Positions 49,288-59,563 of a stretch of 64,000 nucleotides of DNA are shown in pieces. Position 1 is the first letter of the stretch. The number at the start of each line of letters is the position of its first letter. Source of the DNA: a candidate division WOR-3 bacterium (lineage in GTDB: Bacteria > Hydrothermota > Hydrothermia > JBDRYB01). Under the pieces are notes generated by a model that had not been told where the DNA came from, searched no databases, and was given only the letters and a program-made list of their open reading frames with translations. The position numbers were made by a program, and so were the translations under genes. The stretch spans positions 8,506 to 72,505 of the forward strand of contig JBDRYB010000008.1 in NCBI GenBank assembly GCA_039803205.1, written 5' to 3'.

Positions 49288-51350
49288 GGGAGCAAGAAGA
49301 CAAGCGAGCCGTCGTGGACAGGATAGTCCACAACACCCTCAAGCTCGCGACTTTCCTAGCCTTGCTCGCTGGAACCCTGGTGCTCTTGCCCCGAGGGAGG
49401 TTTCTTGAGGATTTTGAGCCAGGTAGGCCAGCTCCATCTGACCTCTACGCCCCTTTTGATTTCAGGGTGAGAAAATCGCCGGCCCAGCTGGAGAGGGAGA
49501 GGGAGGAGGCCGCGGCCAGGGTTGCCCCGATACTGGAATATGACAACGAGAGCAAAAAAAGGCTCTCTGCTCGCCTTGATAGCCTCAGAGCATCCCTCTC
49601 TGACACAGGGGTTCTGGTGATAAGCCCCACCGCAACCGGCGTCCTTCGGGGAAGCCCCAGCATCCTGGATGAGGCTTTTGCTCTGGCTGTGAGTTTGTCA
49701 GAGCGAGGCCTTGTTCAGGATAAGAACCAACTGCCCCCTTCTTCAACCCGTGAGTACATAATAATAAGAGAGGATGAGGAGCGAAGGGTTTCAGATACCC
49801 TTATAAAGGATACCCGTTCAGCCCTTGAGCGAGCGAGGGCGTTTGCGGTCTCAAGGTATGCCCTTGAGCCCGACAAGGCAGAGGCTTTTACTGAGGCTTT
49901 CGGGTATCTCCTTTCCCCAACACTCGTGTATGATGAGTCGGCAACCCAGAAGAGGAGAGAGGCGGCCGCGGCAGGGGTTTCGGAGATCTCAGAGGAGTTT
50001 CTAAAGGGCCAGCTGGTTTTCACCAAGGGTGAGATAATAGATTCCGTCGGGGCCATGCGCCTTGCAGAGATAAGGAAGGCAATGGGCACAGGAGGGAGAA
50101 CCCGTTGGGGGGTTATGCTCGGTATAATCATAGTTTTTGGCCTCGCTCTCGCTTTCTTTCTCGTCTACAGGAGGATGGTTCCGCGCTGGACAACCGTACT
50201 CGCTGTTGTCATAGGATACGGGCTTTTCTTCGGGACAGCGCACATGGTTTCCATCATAAATTCCGAGACCCTTACCCCATACCTTACGCTTCTGCCATTT
50301 CTCCCGATCATAGTTAGTATAGTCCTTGATTCTGAGGCAGGCGTATTCCTCGGTTTCCTTGAGGCGATAATCCTCTCGGTGCTTTTCGGAGGGGATTTTG
50401 GCTTGCTCCTCTACGGGGTGACTGTTGCTGGGGCCGCGGGCCTGTCCTCGCGCATATTCAAAACGAGGTATCAGATGTATCTTCTCATACTCGTTCTCTT
50501 CCTGGCGGGCGCTGTTTCCGCTACCGGAGCCTTTCTCCTCAACGAGATGAGCCCAAAAACCCTCGCCTTCAACTGCCTCTGGGCAATGGTCTCAGGCTTT
50601 GCCTCGGTTCTCCTCGTCTTTGCCGCTCTCCCCATATTTGAGAAGGTTTTCAGGCTCTCAACGGACTTTCTCCTTTCGGAGCTGGCATCCCTTCAGCACC
50701 CCCTTCTCCGGGAGCTGGCGGAGAAGGCCCCAGGAACATTCACCCATACTATCCTCGTCGGAAACCTCTGCGAGGCTGGAGCCAGGGCAATAGGGGCATC
50801 GCCATTGTTGGCGAGGGTTGGGGCCTATTATCATGATATTGGGAAACTCTTCTCCCCGGACCACTTCATAGAGAACCAAAAGGGCCAAAACCCGCACGAC
50901 GCGCTCGCGCCCGCTGATAGCGCTAATATCCTTCGTTCCCACATCACTGAGGGAGAGAGGCTCGCGGACGCCAAGGGGCTTCCAAAGGACATAAAGAGGT
51001 TCATATCAACCCACCATGGGACGAGCCTCATGCGGCAGTTTTACCTTAAGGCAAAGGAGGCTGACCCCGGCGCTCCTGAGTCCGCTTTCAGATACCCTGG
51101 CCCAAAACCGATTACCCCTGAGGAGGGGATATGCATGCTGGCGGATGCGTGCGAGGCGGCTGTCAGGGCCCTTGATGAACCCTCTGAGGCCGCTATAATT
51201 AGGGTTGTGGAGGAGGTTTTCGGGAGACAGGTAGCAGATGGCCAGCTCTCCGAGGTCCGGTTCACCGCGAGCCAGCTTGAGGCCCTCAAGAAAGCGTTTA
51301 TTCCCGTGCTCGTGGGAACATTTCACGAGAGGATCCCATACCCTGAGTAG
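49284..51350 (+). CDS. 7TM-HD (HDIG) phosphohydrolase, PgpH-like
   Basis: Extracellular domain, TM bundle, APGTFTH, YYHDIGK, HHGT, YPGPKP, LAD. Confidence 0.9.
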   Translation: MREQEDKRAVVDRIVHNTLKLATFLALLAGTLVLLPRGRFLEDFEPGRPAPSDLYAPFDFRVRKSPAQLEREREEAAARVAPILEYDNESKKRLSARLDSLRASLSDTGVLVISPTATGVLRGSPSILDEAFALAVSLSERGLVQDKNQLPPSSTREYIIIREDEERRVSDTLIKDTRSALERARAFAVSRYALEPDKAEAFTEAFGYLLSPTLVYDESATQKRREAAAAGVSEISEEFLKGQLVFTKGEIIDSVGAMRLAEIRKAMGTGGRTRWGVMLGIIIVFGLALAFFLVYRRMVPRWTTVLAVVIGYGLFFGTAHMVSIINSETLTPYLTLLPFLPIIVSIVLDSEAGVFLGFLEAIILSVLFGGDFGLLLYGVTVAGAAGLSSRIFKTRYQMYLLILVLFLAGAVSATGAFLLNEMSPKTLAFNCLWAMVSGFASVLLVFAALPIFEKVFRLSTDFLLSELASLQHPLLRELAEKAPGTFTHTILVGNLCEAGARAIGASPLLARVGAYYHDIGKLFSPDHFIENQKGQNPHDALAPADSANILRSHITEGERLADAKGLPKDIKRFISTHHGTSLMRQFYLKAKEADPGAPESAFRYPGPKPITPEEGICMLADACEAAVRALDEPSEAAIIRVVEEVFGRQVADGQLSEVRFTASQLEALKKAFIPVLVGTFHERIPYPE

Positions 51351-51506
51351 CATCAAACCAGTTTCTTTTGGTATGATCCTGCATCCAGAGGGGCTTGAAG
51401 TCGTTCAACTTAAGGATAGTTGCGGCACATTGAAGCCAGACTGAGAAGGGCTCTCAAGGGATGTCGGTCATGGAATCCCGCGCAGAAAATGGGTTATAAT
51501 ATTACC

Positions 51507-52379
51507 ATGCTTAAGGGAACCTTAACTGCTTTGGTTACCCCCTTCACGGAGAGAGGGGAGTTGGACCTAGAGGGGGCCCGGAGGCTTGTTGAGCATCAGC
51601 TAGAGGCCGGGATTGACGGCTTCGTTGTCCTCGGGACAACGGGTGAGGCTCCTGCTCTTTCGGATGGGGAGCGAAAGACCTTTCTGGGTGCTGTGAAGCA
51701 GATGGTAGGCGATAGGGCGATTCTCATTGCCGGAACAGGCACTAACAACACCTCAAAGACCATAGCCCAAACAGCGGAGGCCTTGGAGATGGGCTATGGG
51801 TTCGCGCTGGTTGTTACCCCTTACTACAACAAGCCAACTCAGGATGGGCTTTACCTTCATTACTCCCTCATCTGCTCCGAGCTCCCAAGAGCGAGGATCA
51901 TCGTCTATAATGTGCCTGGCAGGACAGGGGTTTCAATTGCTCCTGAGACCGTGGCTCGGCTCAGGGCTGATTTTCCTGAGAACATCGTTGCTGTCAAGGA
52001 GGCATCCGGCTCCCTTGATAACGCCTCGGCTCTGGTTAAGAGTGGCATAACCGTTCTCTCAGGGGACGACTCGCTTACGGTTCCTATGATGGCGATAGGC
52101 GCAAAGGGCGTCATCTCCGTTGCGTCAAACCCAGCTCCGAAGCTGGTCTCTGATATGGTAAACGCGGCGCTATCCGATGACTTCAAGAAGGCCTCAGAGC
52201 TGCACCTGAGGCTCTGGCCCCTTTTCAAGGTTCTTTTTATTGAAACCAGCCCGGGCCCCGTGAAGGCACTTTTGGGTGAAATGGGACTTGTAAAGCCCCA
52301 CTTGAGGCCCCCTTTAGCTCCGGTCTCGCAGAAAACCATAGAGGAGATAAGAAGGCTCAAGAAGGAGCTTTCGCTTTGA
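51507..52379 (+). CDS. dapA: 4-hydroxy-tetrahydrodipicolinate synthase
   Basis: ALVTPF, GTTGE, PYYNKP, YNVPGRT, KEASG, SGDD. Confidence 0.95.
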   Translation: MLKGTLTALVTPFTERGELDLEGARRLVEHQLEAGIDGFVVLGTTGEAPALSDGERKTFLGAVKQMVGDRAILIAGTGTNNTSKTIAQTAEALEMGYGFALVVTPYYNKPTQDGLYLHYSLICSELPRARIIVYNVPGRTGVSIAPETVARLRADFPENIVAVKEASGSLDNASALVKSGITVLSGDDSLTVPMMAIGAKGVISVASNPAPKLVSDMVNAALSDDFKKASELHLRLWPLFKVLFIETSPGPVKALLGEMGLVKPHLRPPLAPVSQKTIEEIRRLKKELSL

Positions 52380-53953
52380 GGAGAGTTCCTTTAACCCTCC
52401 TTCTTTTCCTGGCGTGCGGGCTCGGCCACAAAAGCAAAGAGCCTTGCTCCTCGCTGGCCGCTGATATGGCGTGGAGGGAGGCGATGGGTTCCTCTGGCGA
52501 AGCGCTCAGACAGGCGGTTGACGGAAATGCGGCCCTGGCCACCCTATATGAGAAGAGGGCTTGGGAATGGCTTCTTTTCTCACCCCCTCAGCTCAACGAT
52601 TACGGCATCTTCGTTCTCACAACCGTGGAGAACAGGTTCTTTGATGGGCTTGAACCCGATCCGATGGCAGATTCAGCCCTTTTAGCTATCGCGAGGGCAG
52701 AGAGCCTTAGGCTTTTAGCCTGCGAGATGGTTGATCGGAGCGAGATGGTCTTGGTTTACAAGAGATGTATAAGCGAGATCGCGAGGGCCGAGGTCTTTCT
52801 GATAAGAGCCTGGAAAAAGTGGGCAACGGACATGGGCGGAGATTCAGCGGCAATAGAGGCCCTCTTCTCGGACCCTATCGCGGCCACCATGAACCTATTC
52901 CCGCGCTTTTCGGAATACAAGGTTCTGAGGGCTACCCTGTCCACCTACACATACATGCCGGATTGGAAGCCTTTGTCCTTCAGCCTTGAAAAGGGCAAAA
53001 AGATAATGCCCGGGGACACGGGCCAGAGGGTATCCGGGATCCAGGAGAGGCTCAGGGCCGAGGGATTCTATACAGGGCCAACAACAGGCATATACGACAG
53101 CGCGACAGCTGAGGCGGTCAAGCAGTTCCAGAAGTGGCACTACCTTGAGGAGGATGGGGTTGTTGGCCACGGAACACTGAGAGCCATGAACATCCCCAGG
53201 TCTCAGCTCATCTCTCGGATCAGGGGAGGGCTCTCATATTGGAGGAAACCCAGTTTCTCGGAAGCGGTTGCCAAAGGGGGATGGGTCTTCAGGATAAACA
53301 TACCCGAGTTCACCCTGTATGTGTATAAGGATGGCTCGCTACTTCAGAAGAACAAGGTCGCGGTTGGTTCAGCCTCTCAGGACACGAACTTCACCCCTAC
53401 CCTCAGGGATACAGTTGAGTTCATTGTGATAAATCCGAAGTGGAATGTTCCGGACAGGATATTTGAGGAGGAGCTCTTGGAGGAGATATACGAGACAGGG
53501 GATGCGTTCAAGTACATAGAGAAAAAGAATTTCAAGGTGGCTTCAAAGAAGGGCAAGATATGGCTTGTTAGGGACCCAGGAGAGGGAAACGCCCTTGGAA
53601 GGGTGAAGTTCCTTTTCCCGAACCGATACAACATATACCTTCACGACACCCCGATAAAGAGCACATTTCAGTGGAAGATGCGAGCGGTTTCCCACGGGTG
53701 CATAAGGCTTGACGGAGCTATAGAGCTCGCCATTGCTGTCCTGACCCAGAGCGAGGGGTGGACAGAGCAAGGTTTCTGGACCGCCTATAACAAGACCGAA
53801 AAAGAGAGGGGCAAGACCGTGTTTAAGGAGACCTGGGTTCCCCTGAGGCACAAGATCCCCATATTCATTGATTATGTCCTGGTCGCGCCGGACACCTCCG
53901 AGGGAAGGGTTGTTTTTCTGCCGGATATATACAACGGCTACAGGAAGAGGTAA
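52376..53953 (+). CDS. L,D-transpeptidase with peptidoglycan-binding domain (lipoprotein)
   Basis: Lipobox; AVKQFQ...DGVVG PG-binding motif; INIPEF, NPKWNVP, NALGRVKF, YLHDTP, SHGCIRL. Confidence 0.92.
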   Translation: MRRVPLTLLLFLACGLGHKSKEPCSSLAADMAWREAMGSSGEALRQAVDGNAALATLYEKRAWEWLLFSPPQLNDYGIFVLTTVENRFFDGLEPDPMADSALLAIARAESLRLLACEMVDRSEMVLVYKRCISEIARAEVFLIRAWKKWATDMGGDSAAIEALFSDPIAATMNLFPRFSEYKVLRATLSTYTYMPDWKPLSFSLEKGKKIMPGDTGQRVSGIQERLRAEGFYTGPTTGIYDSATAEAVKQFQKWHYLEEDGVVGHGTLRAMNIPRSQLISRIRGGLSYWRKPSFSEAVAKGGWVFRINIPEFTLYVYKDGSLLQKNKVAVGSASQDTNFTPTLRDTVEFIVINPKWNVPDRIFEEELLEEIYETGDAFKYIEKKNFKVASKKGKIWLVRDPGEGNALGRVKFLFPNRYNIYLHDTPIKSTFQWKMRAVSHGCIRLDGAIELAIAVLTQSEGWTEQGFWTAYNKTEKERGKTVFKETWVPLRHKIPIFIDYVLVAPDTSEGRVVFLPDIYNGYRKR

Positions 53954-53956
53954 TCT

Positions 53957-54691
53957 TTACTGCATTCCGCCCAGCCCTGCTCCCAAAAGGTTCAGACAGC
54001 CAAGAGCAGAACCCCCAACAAACCCGAGGCCTATTGTGAATATGGGATAGTAGCTCCCGTTGCCGGAATACTTGAAATAGCTCCCGCCGAGCTCAAGCCT
54101 GAACCCGTAGTCCGTTTTCCCCTTGAGGCCAACGAACTCACCGGACCCCTTATACTTGAAGTCAAGGCCGAAAGCCGCGTGCTGATAGAAGCCGGGCGCG
54201 ATCTCCCCCCAGAGCTCCTCGCCCGATGTGGCGCCTTGGGGCGCGTAGATCCCCTGCCATGATAAATACCACATCCAGTTCTTGTGAGGCCTGTATCCGA
54301 GCATCAGGTTCACGCCAGGGGTTATCAGGTATGTTTCGGAGATTATATCATACAGAAGGTATGGTTGAACGGCGAAGCTCATAACCCTCGTGGGTCGCTT
54401 GGAAGATTTCAAAAGCCTTATCTTAGCGTATGGCCCTACCCCCATGCCGTTCATCATCACCCCTATATCCGCCTCCTTGGCAACGCCAAACCCAACGGCT
54501 CCACCCATGTTCCAGCTCCTGTATATGTTCTCGTCGGCCGCAGCCTTCCCGTGGTCAGGGTGGACAAAGCCGGGGAAGGAAGCGAATATTTGGCCATCAA
54601 CCTTTCCAGAGCCAGTTGGCTCTGGGGTCTGGAATGTGCCAAAGAAGCAACCTGTCACGATCAGCAAAAAGAGAACAAAGAGCTTTTTCAT
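53957..54691 (-). CDS. Hypothetical lipoprotein / outer-membrane beta-strand protein
   Basis: Lipobox ...LIVTG-C, FQTPEP, alternating amphipathic strands. Confidence 0.65.
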   Translation of the reverse strand: MKKLFVLFLLIVTGCFFGTFQTPEPTGSGKVDGQIFASFPGFVHPDHGKAAADENIYRSWNMGGAVGFGVAKEADIGVMMNGMGVGPYAKIRLLKSSKRPTRVMSFAVQPYLLYDIISETYLITPGVNLMLGYRPHKNWMWYLSWQGIYAPQGATSGEELWGEIAPGFYQHAAFGLDFKYKGSGEFVGLKGKTDYGFRLELGGSYFKYSGNGSYYPIFTIGLGFVGGSALGCLNLLGAGLGGMQ

Positions 54692-54745
54692 GGCGAAAGT
54701 CTAATGCAAGAGGAGGGGCCGTGGCAAACAGACGCGGTAACCCAA

Positions 54746-55900
54746 TTACAACTGCCCTTTCCTTACCAGGTGCGCGGCCAGAAGCAGACGCTGTATCTGG
54801 TTTGTCCCCTCGTATATCTGGGTTATTTTGGCATCCCGCATGTATTTCTCAACTATATACTCTGTGGTGTAACCGTATCCACCGAAGATCTGAACAGCAT
54901 CAACCGTTACCTCCATGGCCACATCCGCTGGGAAGTATTTCGCCATGGCTGAGAGGTGGCCGACCTCCTTTGCCCCTGAGTCTATGTATCTCGCTATGGA
55001 GTAGAGAAGTGCCCTTGAGGCCTCTATCTTGGTTGCCATGTCAGCGAGCATTATCTGTATTGCTTGGAAGGAGGCTATTGGCTGGCCGAACTGCTTGCGC
55101 TCACGGGCGTATTTGAGCGCCTCCTCAAAAGCGCCCTGCGCTATGCCAAGGGCCTGTGCGCCAACCGCTGGCCTCGTCCTGTCAAATGTCCTGGCGACAT
55201 GAATGAACCCAAGTCCCTCTTTGCCTCCCAGGAGGTTCTCCTCAGGGACCTCGCAGTCCTCAAAGTATATCTCGCGTTTGACCGATGCCCTTATGCCGAG
55301 GGTCTCCTCAACCTTTCCGAAAGACACGCCCGGATAATCCTTCTCAACTATGAAAATGGAAAGCCCCCTCGCGCCCCTGGTTGGATCCGTTGACGCCACG
55401 ACGGTCATTATGTCCGCTTCCCCCGCGTTGGTGATGAAGCGCTTCGTTCCGTTCAGGATATACCTGTCCCCCTTCTTGACGGCCCTTGTTTTTACCGAGC
55501 CAGCATCAGAACCAGCATCCGGTTCGGTCAGCGCGAAGGCCGCATACTTCTTCCCCTCGGCAACGGGCGGGAGGTATTTCCTCTTCTGCTCCTCGGTCCC
55601 GGCTACGATTATCGGGGTGGTCCCAAGCCCGTTCGCGCCGAAAGCGATCGCGGTTCCGGCCTCAGCGCGAGAAAGCTCCTCTATGACGAGGACCGTATAC
55701 ATTATCTTGTCCCCGAAGCCCCCGTATTCCTCGGGTATCAGTATCCTGAAGAAATCCAGCCTAGCCATCTCTTCCAGGATGTCTCGTGGATACTCGTGGC
55801 GCTCGTCCAGCTCGCGGCGCCGGGGCATGAGGTAGCGCTCCGCGAAGTCCCTAGCCAGGGCTTTTATTTCCCTTTCATCGTCCGAGAGAAAGTAGTCCAT
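54746..55900 (-). CDS. Acyl-CoA dehydrogenase
   Basis: FALTEPDAGSD, NGTKRFITN, RKQFGQPI, QIFGGYGY, RDAKITQIYEGTNQIQR. Confidence 0.96.
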   Translation of the reverse strand: MDYFLSDDEREIKALARDFAERYLMPRRRELDERHEYPRDILEEMARLDFFRILIPEEYGGFGDKIMYTVLVIEELSRAEAGTAIAFGANGLGTTPIIVAGTEEQKRKYLPPVAEGKKYAAFALTEPDAGSDAGSVKTRAVKKGDRYILNGTKRFITNAGEADIMTVVASTDPTRGARGLSIFIVEKDYPGVSFGKVEETLGIRASVKREIYFEDCEVPEENLLGGKEGLGFIHVARTFDRTRPAVGAQALGIAQGAFEEALKYARERKQFGQPIASFQAIQIMLADMATKIEASRALLYSIARYIDSGAKEVGHLSAMAKYFPADVAMEVTVDAVQIFGGYGYTTEYIVEKYMRDAKITQIYEGTNQIQRLLLAAHLVRKGQL

Positions 55901-55927
55901 TATTTGCTCCTTTTTCAGTGGGAAATC

Positions 55928-56668
55928 TTAATGATTGCCTTTGTCCTCCTGCAACATAGTTAGACGGACTTCCTCCATTTCTGCCAGGAGCCTCATCTCC
56001 TCCATGGCTTTAATGAGTTCCTGGTTTTTCTCTATCTTTCCGGCTCTCACGCACTCCGATATGGCTTCGTATCTGATTATATAGGAATCTATCGCCCTAA
56101 GCGCTTTGAAGAAAGGCTCTCGTTCCTGCGCTTCCCGCCCCGCGAGACGGGCCTGCTTTCGCATTTGCTTTGTTTTCCCCATGGCCAAGAAATTTACAGC
56201 CATGAAAAACCTCGCCATCATTCTGGAAAACCAGTCAACCTTGCCCTCTGATTTGACGGAGAAGACCCTCTCAAACTCCTCGTTCGCCTCTTTATTTCTC
56301 CCAGTATGCAATTTCACTAAACCAAAGAATAGGTGATAACTGGGGGATCTGTTCCTGAGATCCGAGAACTTCAGGAGGGCCTCTTCGGCCTCCTGGTATC
56401 TTTCTAGTTCAACGAGACAATCCACAACAAAAAGCTTGGACTCGTCGTCTCCCTCACGGGCAACGAGAAACCGAGCATCCTCAAGCGCGTCCTCGTAATA
56501 CCCTGCATCGTGTGCCAACCTTAGCGCATTTTTCCTGAATTCTATGTCTTCTTGATGCTTGTCCCTGAGAGCCCTGAGCTTCCTCAGCGCTTTTTGTTTC
56601 CTCCCTTGCCGGAGGAGTTCCTTCACTTTCTCCAACTCATCTGACAAACCTTCGGCGTTCCTCTCCAA
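55928..56668 (-). CDS. TPR-like hypothetical protein
   Basis: Helical repeats; co-oriented ORF between plsY and the acyl-CoA dehydrogenase. Confidence 0.65.
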   Translation of the reverse strand: MERNAEGLSDELEKVKELLRQGRKQKALRKLRALRDKHQEDIEFRKNALRLAHDAGYYEDALEDARFLVAREGDDESKLFVVDCLVELERYQEAEEALLKFSDLRNRSPSYHLFFGLVKLHTGRNKEANEEFERVFSVKSEGKVDWFSRMMARFFMAVNFLAMGKTKQMRKQARLAGREAQEREPFFKALRAIDSYIIRYEAISECVRAGKIEKNQELIKAMEEMRLLAEMEEVRLTMLQEDKGNH

Positions 56669-56671
56669 AGC

Positions 56672-57292
56672 TCACTCTCCTTTTCGTTTCCTTTTGAATG
56701 ACACCCTGTTCTCTGTCCCCTCCAGGAGCCTCTTCATGTTTGAGCGGTGGGTGAACCACACGGTTATAGCGGCCGCGCCAGAGAGTATTGACAGAGGAAG
56801 GGAGCCCTGAGCGAATGTCACGAAAAGGAATACTGAGAGCGCGGCTATCACGGATGCCAGGGATACATATCGGCCTATCAGGAACACTATGAGCCATGCC
56901 CCCACCCCCACGGCCATGGCAATGGGATCAAGCGCCAGGAATGCCCCGAGGCCTGTCGCGACGCCCTTGCCCCCACGAAAACCGAGCCAAGGGGTGAATA
57001 TGTGGCCGAGGAAAGCGCCGCAAAAAGCGGCAATTCCCGGATATATTCCGAAAAGCAACACTGCGGCCCCGGTCGGCAGAAAGCCCTTCAGCGCGTCCAG
57101 GAGGAGGACCAGCGCGAACCCCCACTTTCCCAGGACCCTTCCGACATTGGTCGCTCCTATGTTGCCCGAGCCGGTCTTTCGGATGTCAATGCCCTTTGTT
57201 GCTTTAACCATTAGATAGCCGGTTGGAATGCTCCCCAGCAGGAAGGCGACCGCGAGGGCCCCGGCTATTTTGGTGATCTCGGCCCAGCTCAT
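56672..57292 (-). CDS. plsY: Glycerol-3-phosphate acyltransferase
   Basis: LLGSIPTG, GSGNIGATN, DALKG, GH...FRGGKGVAT, HRSN. Confidence 0.96.
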   Translation of the reverse strand: MSWAEITKIAGALAVAFLLGSIPTGYLMVKATKGIDIRKTGSGNIGATNVGRVLGKWGFALVLLLDALKGFLPTGAAVLLFGIYPGIAAFCGAFLGHIFTPWLGFRGGKGVATGLGAFLALDPIAMAVGVGAWLIVFLIGRYVSLASVIAALSVFLFVTFAQGSLPLSILSGAAAITVWFTHRSNMKRLLEGTENRVSFKRKRKGE

Positions 57293-58566
57293 TTCGGCAA
57301 CTCCTCAAGAAGTTCCTTTGTCCTTTTTGCCTTTTCGTAATCTCCCTGCTTTTCGTAAATCTCTATGGCTTTTTGAAGCTCGGCTCTGGCATCCTCGTAT
57401 TTTCCCTGCTTTTTAAGCAGAACCCCCAGGTTATTGTGAACCTGGGCGTCATTCGGATTTATCCTTATTGCTTCCCTGTATTCTTTCTCTGCCTCTGAGA
57501 GCTTGCCTTGGTTATAGAGCAAATTCCCCAGGCTATAGTGCGCCTCAGCAAGGTTCGGATTTATCCTTATTGCTTCCCTGTATTCTTTCTCTGCCTCTGA
57601 GAGCTTGCCTTGGTTATAGAGCAAATTCCCCAGGTTATTGTGTGCCTCAGGAAGGTTCGGATTTATCCTTATTGCTTCCCTGTATTCCCTCTCGGCTTCT
57701 GAGAGCCTGCCTTGGCTCTTGAGCAAAAGCCCCAGGTTATTGTGTGCCCCAGCATCGTTCGGATTTATCCTTATTGCTTCCCTGTATTCTTTCTCTGCCT
57801 CTGAGAGCTTGCCTTGGTCATAGAGCAAAAACCCCAGGTTATAGTGAACTAAGGCAATAGGGGGGTTCATGCTCGCGGATTCCCTGAGATAGGCAATAGC
57901 GGATGTGGTATCTCCGATCCGGGCCTTGCAATTCGCGAAATTTATTAATCCCCAAGGTGTTTCAGCATAGCTAGCGTGAGCCTTGCGAAGAGTAATGGGT
58001 CTTGCGTTAGAGAGAAGAAGCTTCAGAAGCAAAGAGGGGACAAAATTATCCGTGCGGGTAACGATCCCTATGACCTCGTTGCCCGAGAGCACAGGCGAGC
58101 CGGAGTATCCTGGTTCCAAAGGAGCGTTCAGATAGCCGTATTCGTAGCCGTGTTCGTCCTTGTGAAGCCCAGAAAAGACGGTCCTTATCTCCGGATCCCC
58201 CGGTATAATTACCGAGTCCCCCGGATTCAGACTATCGGCCAATCTGAGATAATCACTATTGGAGAAATTCACTTTCACTATACAGATGTCCATGGGTATG
58301 TTCATACCCAAGACGCTAGTGACTTTGTATCTTTTGCCTGCGTTGGTTATCACTACGACCGAGTCGGGATAATCATCCGGCTCTTCTCCAACTATAACAT
58401 GCAGGGCTGTCGCTACAACTCCACCCGTGTCCACGAAGAACCCAGTGCCAGAGGTGTGGCTCTTTCCGTATGCATGGATCTTGACTAAGGCTGATGGATA
58501 AGAGGAGGACGGAGGCTCGTATGAGATCGAAAAACCAAGCAGGGTGATGACTGATAAGCTTCTCAT
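57289..58566 (-). CDS. Trypsin-like serine protease with TPR repeats
   Basis: GTGFF, TALHV (His), DICIV (Asp), GYSGSPV (Ser); tandem TPRs. Confidence 0.88.
   Translation of the reverse strand: MRSLSVITLLGFSISYEPPSSSYPSALVKIHAYGKSHTSGTGFFVDTGGVVATALHVIVGEEPDDYPDSVVVITNAGKRYKVTSVLGMNIPMDICIVKVNFSNSDYLRLADSLNPGDSVIIPGDPEIRTVFSGLHKDEHGYEYGYLNAPLEPGYSGSPVLSGNEVIGIVTRTDNFVPSLLLKLLLSNARPITLRKAHASYAETPWGLINFANCKARIGDTTSAIAYLRESASMNPPIALVHYNLGFLLYDQGKLSEAEKEYREAIRINPNDAGAHNNLGLLLKSQGRLSEAEREYREAIRINPNLPEAHNNLGNLLYNQGKLSEAEKEYREAIRINPNLAEAHYSLGNLLYNQGKLSEAEKEYREAIRINPNDAQVHNNLGVLLKKQGKYEDARAELQKAIEIYEKQGDYEKAKRTKELLEELPK
57425..57845. repeat. Four near-identical 102-nt TPR-coding repeats plus a partial copy
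   Basis: CCCAGG recurs at 57425, 57527, 57629, 57731, 57833; unit encodes NLG.LL..QGKLSEAEKEYREAIRINPN. Confidence 0.92.
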
Positions 58567-58641
58567 GTTAAACCCTGACCCGGGTGTTTTTGGCCGAGGG
58601 GTTCTAGATATTTAAATGGCAAAACCTTGAGCCAGGAACCC

Positions 58642-59106
58642 TCAAGCGTATCCTTCCGGAGGCCCCTCATCCAGATCCTCCTCCTCAGGTGGCAGTTCGT
58701 CCATGTCCACTCCCGCTTTTTCCATAACCTGCGCGCCGACGAATATGGGGCAACCCCAGAGAGTCGCTATGCATATGGAATCCGAGGGCCTCGCGTCGAG
58801 CGAGAGGATCTCTCCGTTTTTCCTTATTATTAACCTCGCGTAGAAGACATTATCCTTTAAGTCGTTTATTATTACCTTCTCAAGGGTTCCTCCCATTTCC
58901 TTTATCAGGTTCTTTATGAGGTCGTGGGTTAGCGGCCTCTCAAATGTTATTCCGTGAAGGGCACGGGCTATTGCCTCGGCCTCAAAGATGCCTATGGAAA
59001 CAGGCAGGATGCGCTGGCCCTCGATCTCCTTTAGGAGAACCAGATTGGTCTTCGTGTTGGGTTCGTATAGGACCCTGAATATCTCCACCTGTATCAGGTT
59101 CTTCAC
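58642..59106 (-). CDS. Bifunctional nuclease family protein (DUF151)
   Basis: LPVSIGIFEAEAI, RPLTHDL, DARPSD. Confidence 0.92.
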   Translation of the reverse strand: MKNLIQVEIFRVLYEPNTKTNLVLLKEIEGQRILPVSIGIFEAEAIARALHGITFERPLTHDLIKNLIKEMGGTLEKVIINDLKDNVFYARLIIRKNGEILSLDARPSDSICIATLWGCPIFVGAQVMEKAGVDMDELPPEEEDLDEGPPEGYA

Positions 59107-59107
59107 C

Positions 59108-59563
59108 TCACTCCTTTGGAACGACTCGGACCTTGAGGGGCACGGTTATCTCGGGCCCAAGCCTCACCTCAACCGTGTGATCCCCTATGGTCTTTATCGG
59201 GTTATCAAGCCTTATCGCGCCCTTTTCCAACTCAATCCCAGCCCCAGCGAGCCATTCTGCTATATCCGAGGCCTTCACGGAGCCAAACGCTTTTCCTTCT
59301 TCTCCGACCAGGAGGCTCAGCTCAACGGTCAGATCTGAGAGCCTCTTTGCCAGCTCCTGTGCGGCCTCAGCCAACCTCTTGGCGCGGGCCTCCCTGAGCC
59401 TCTTCATCTCCTCGTATCTATTTAGATTCTCAGGGGTAGCAAGCAAAGCGAGCCCCCTTGGCAGGAGGAAGTTCCTGGCGTAGCCGCCCTTGACGGTTTT
59501 GATTTCGCCTGGTCCGCCAAGGCCCCTTACCTCTTTGATGAGAATAACCTTGACCGTGTTCAT
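59108..59563 (-). CDS. rplI: 50S ribosomal protein L9
   Basis: [24 protein letters not shown]. Confidence 0.96.
   Translation of the reverse strand: MNTVKVILIKEVRGLGGPGEIKTVKGGYARNFLLPRGLALLATPENLNRYEEMKRLREARAKRLAEAAQELAKRLSDLTVELSLLVGEEGKAFGSVKASDIAEWLAGAGIELEKGAIRLDNPIKTIGDHTVEVRLGPEITVPLKVRVVPKE

Noticed and set aside
51351..51506. Lysine riboswitch upstream of dapA
   Set aside because: No consensus seen, and TATAAT lies 6 nt before the ATG, implying no leader.
57425..57845. Diversity-generating retroelement template/variable repeats
   Set aside because: Repeats are tandem in-frame TPR units, differences are not adenine-specific, and no reverse transcriptase is present.
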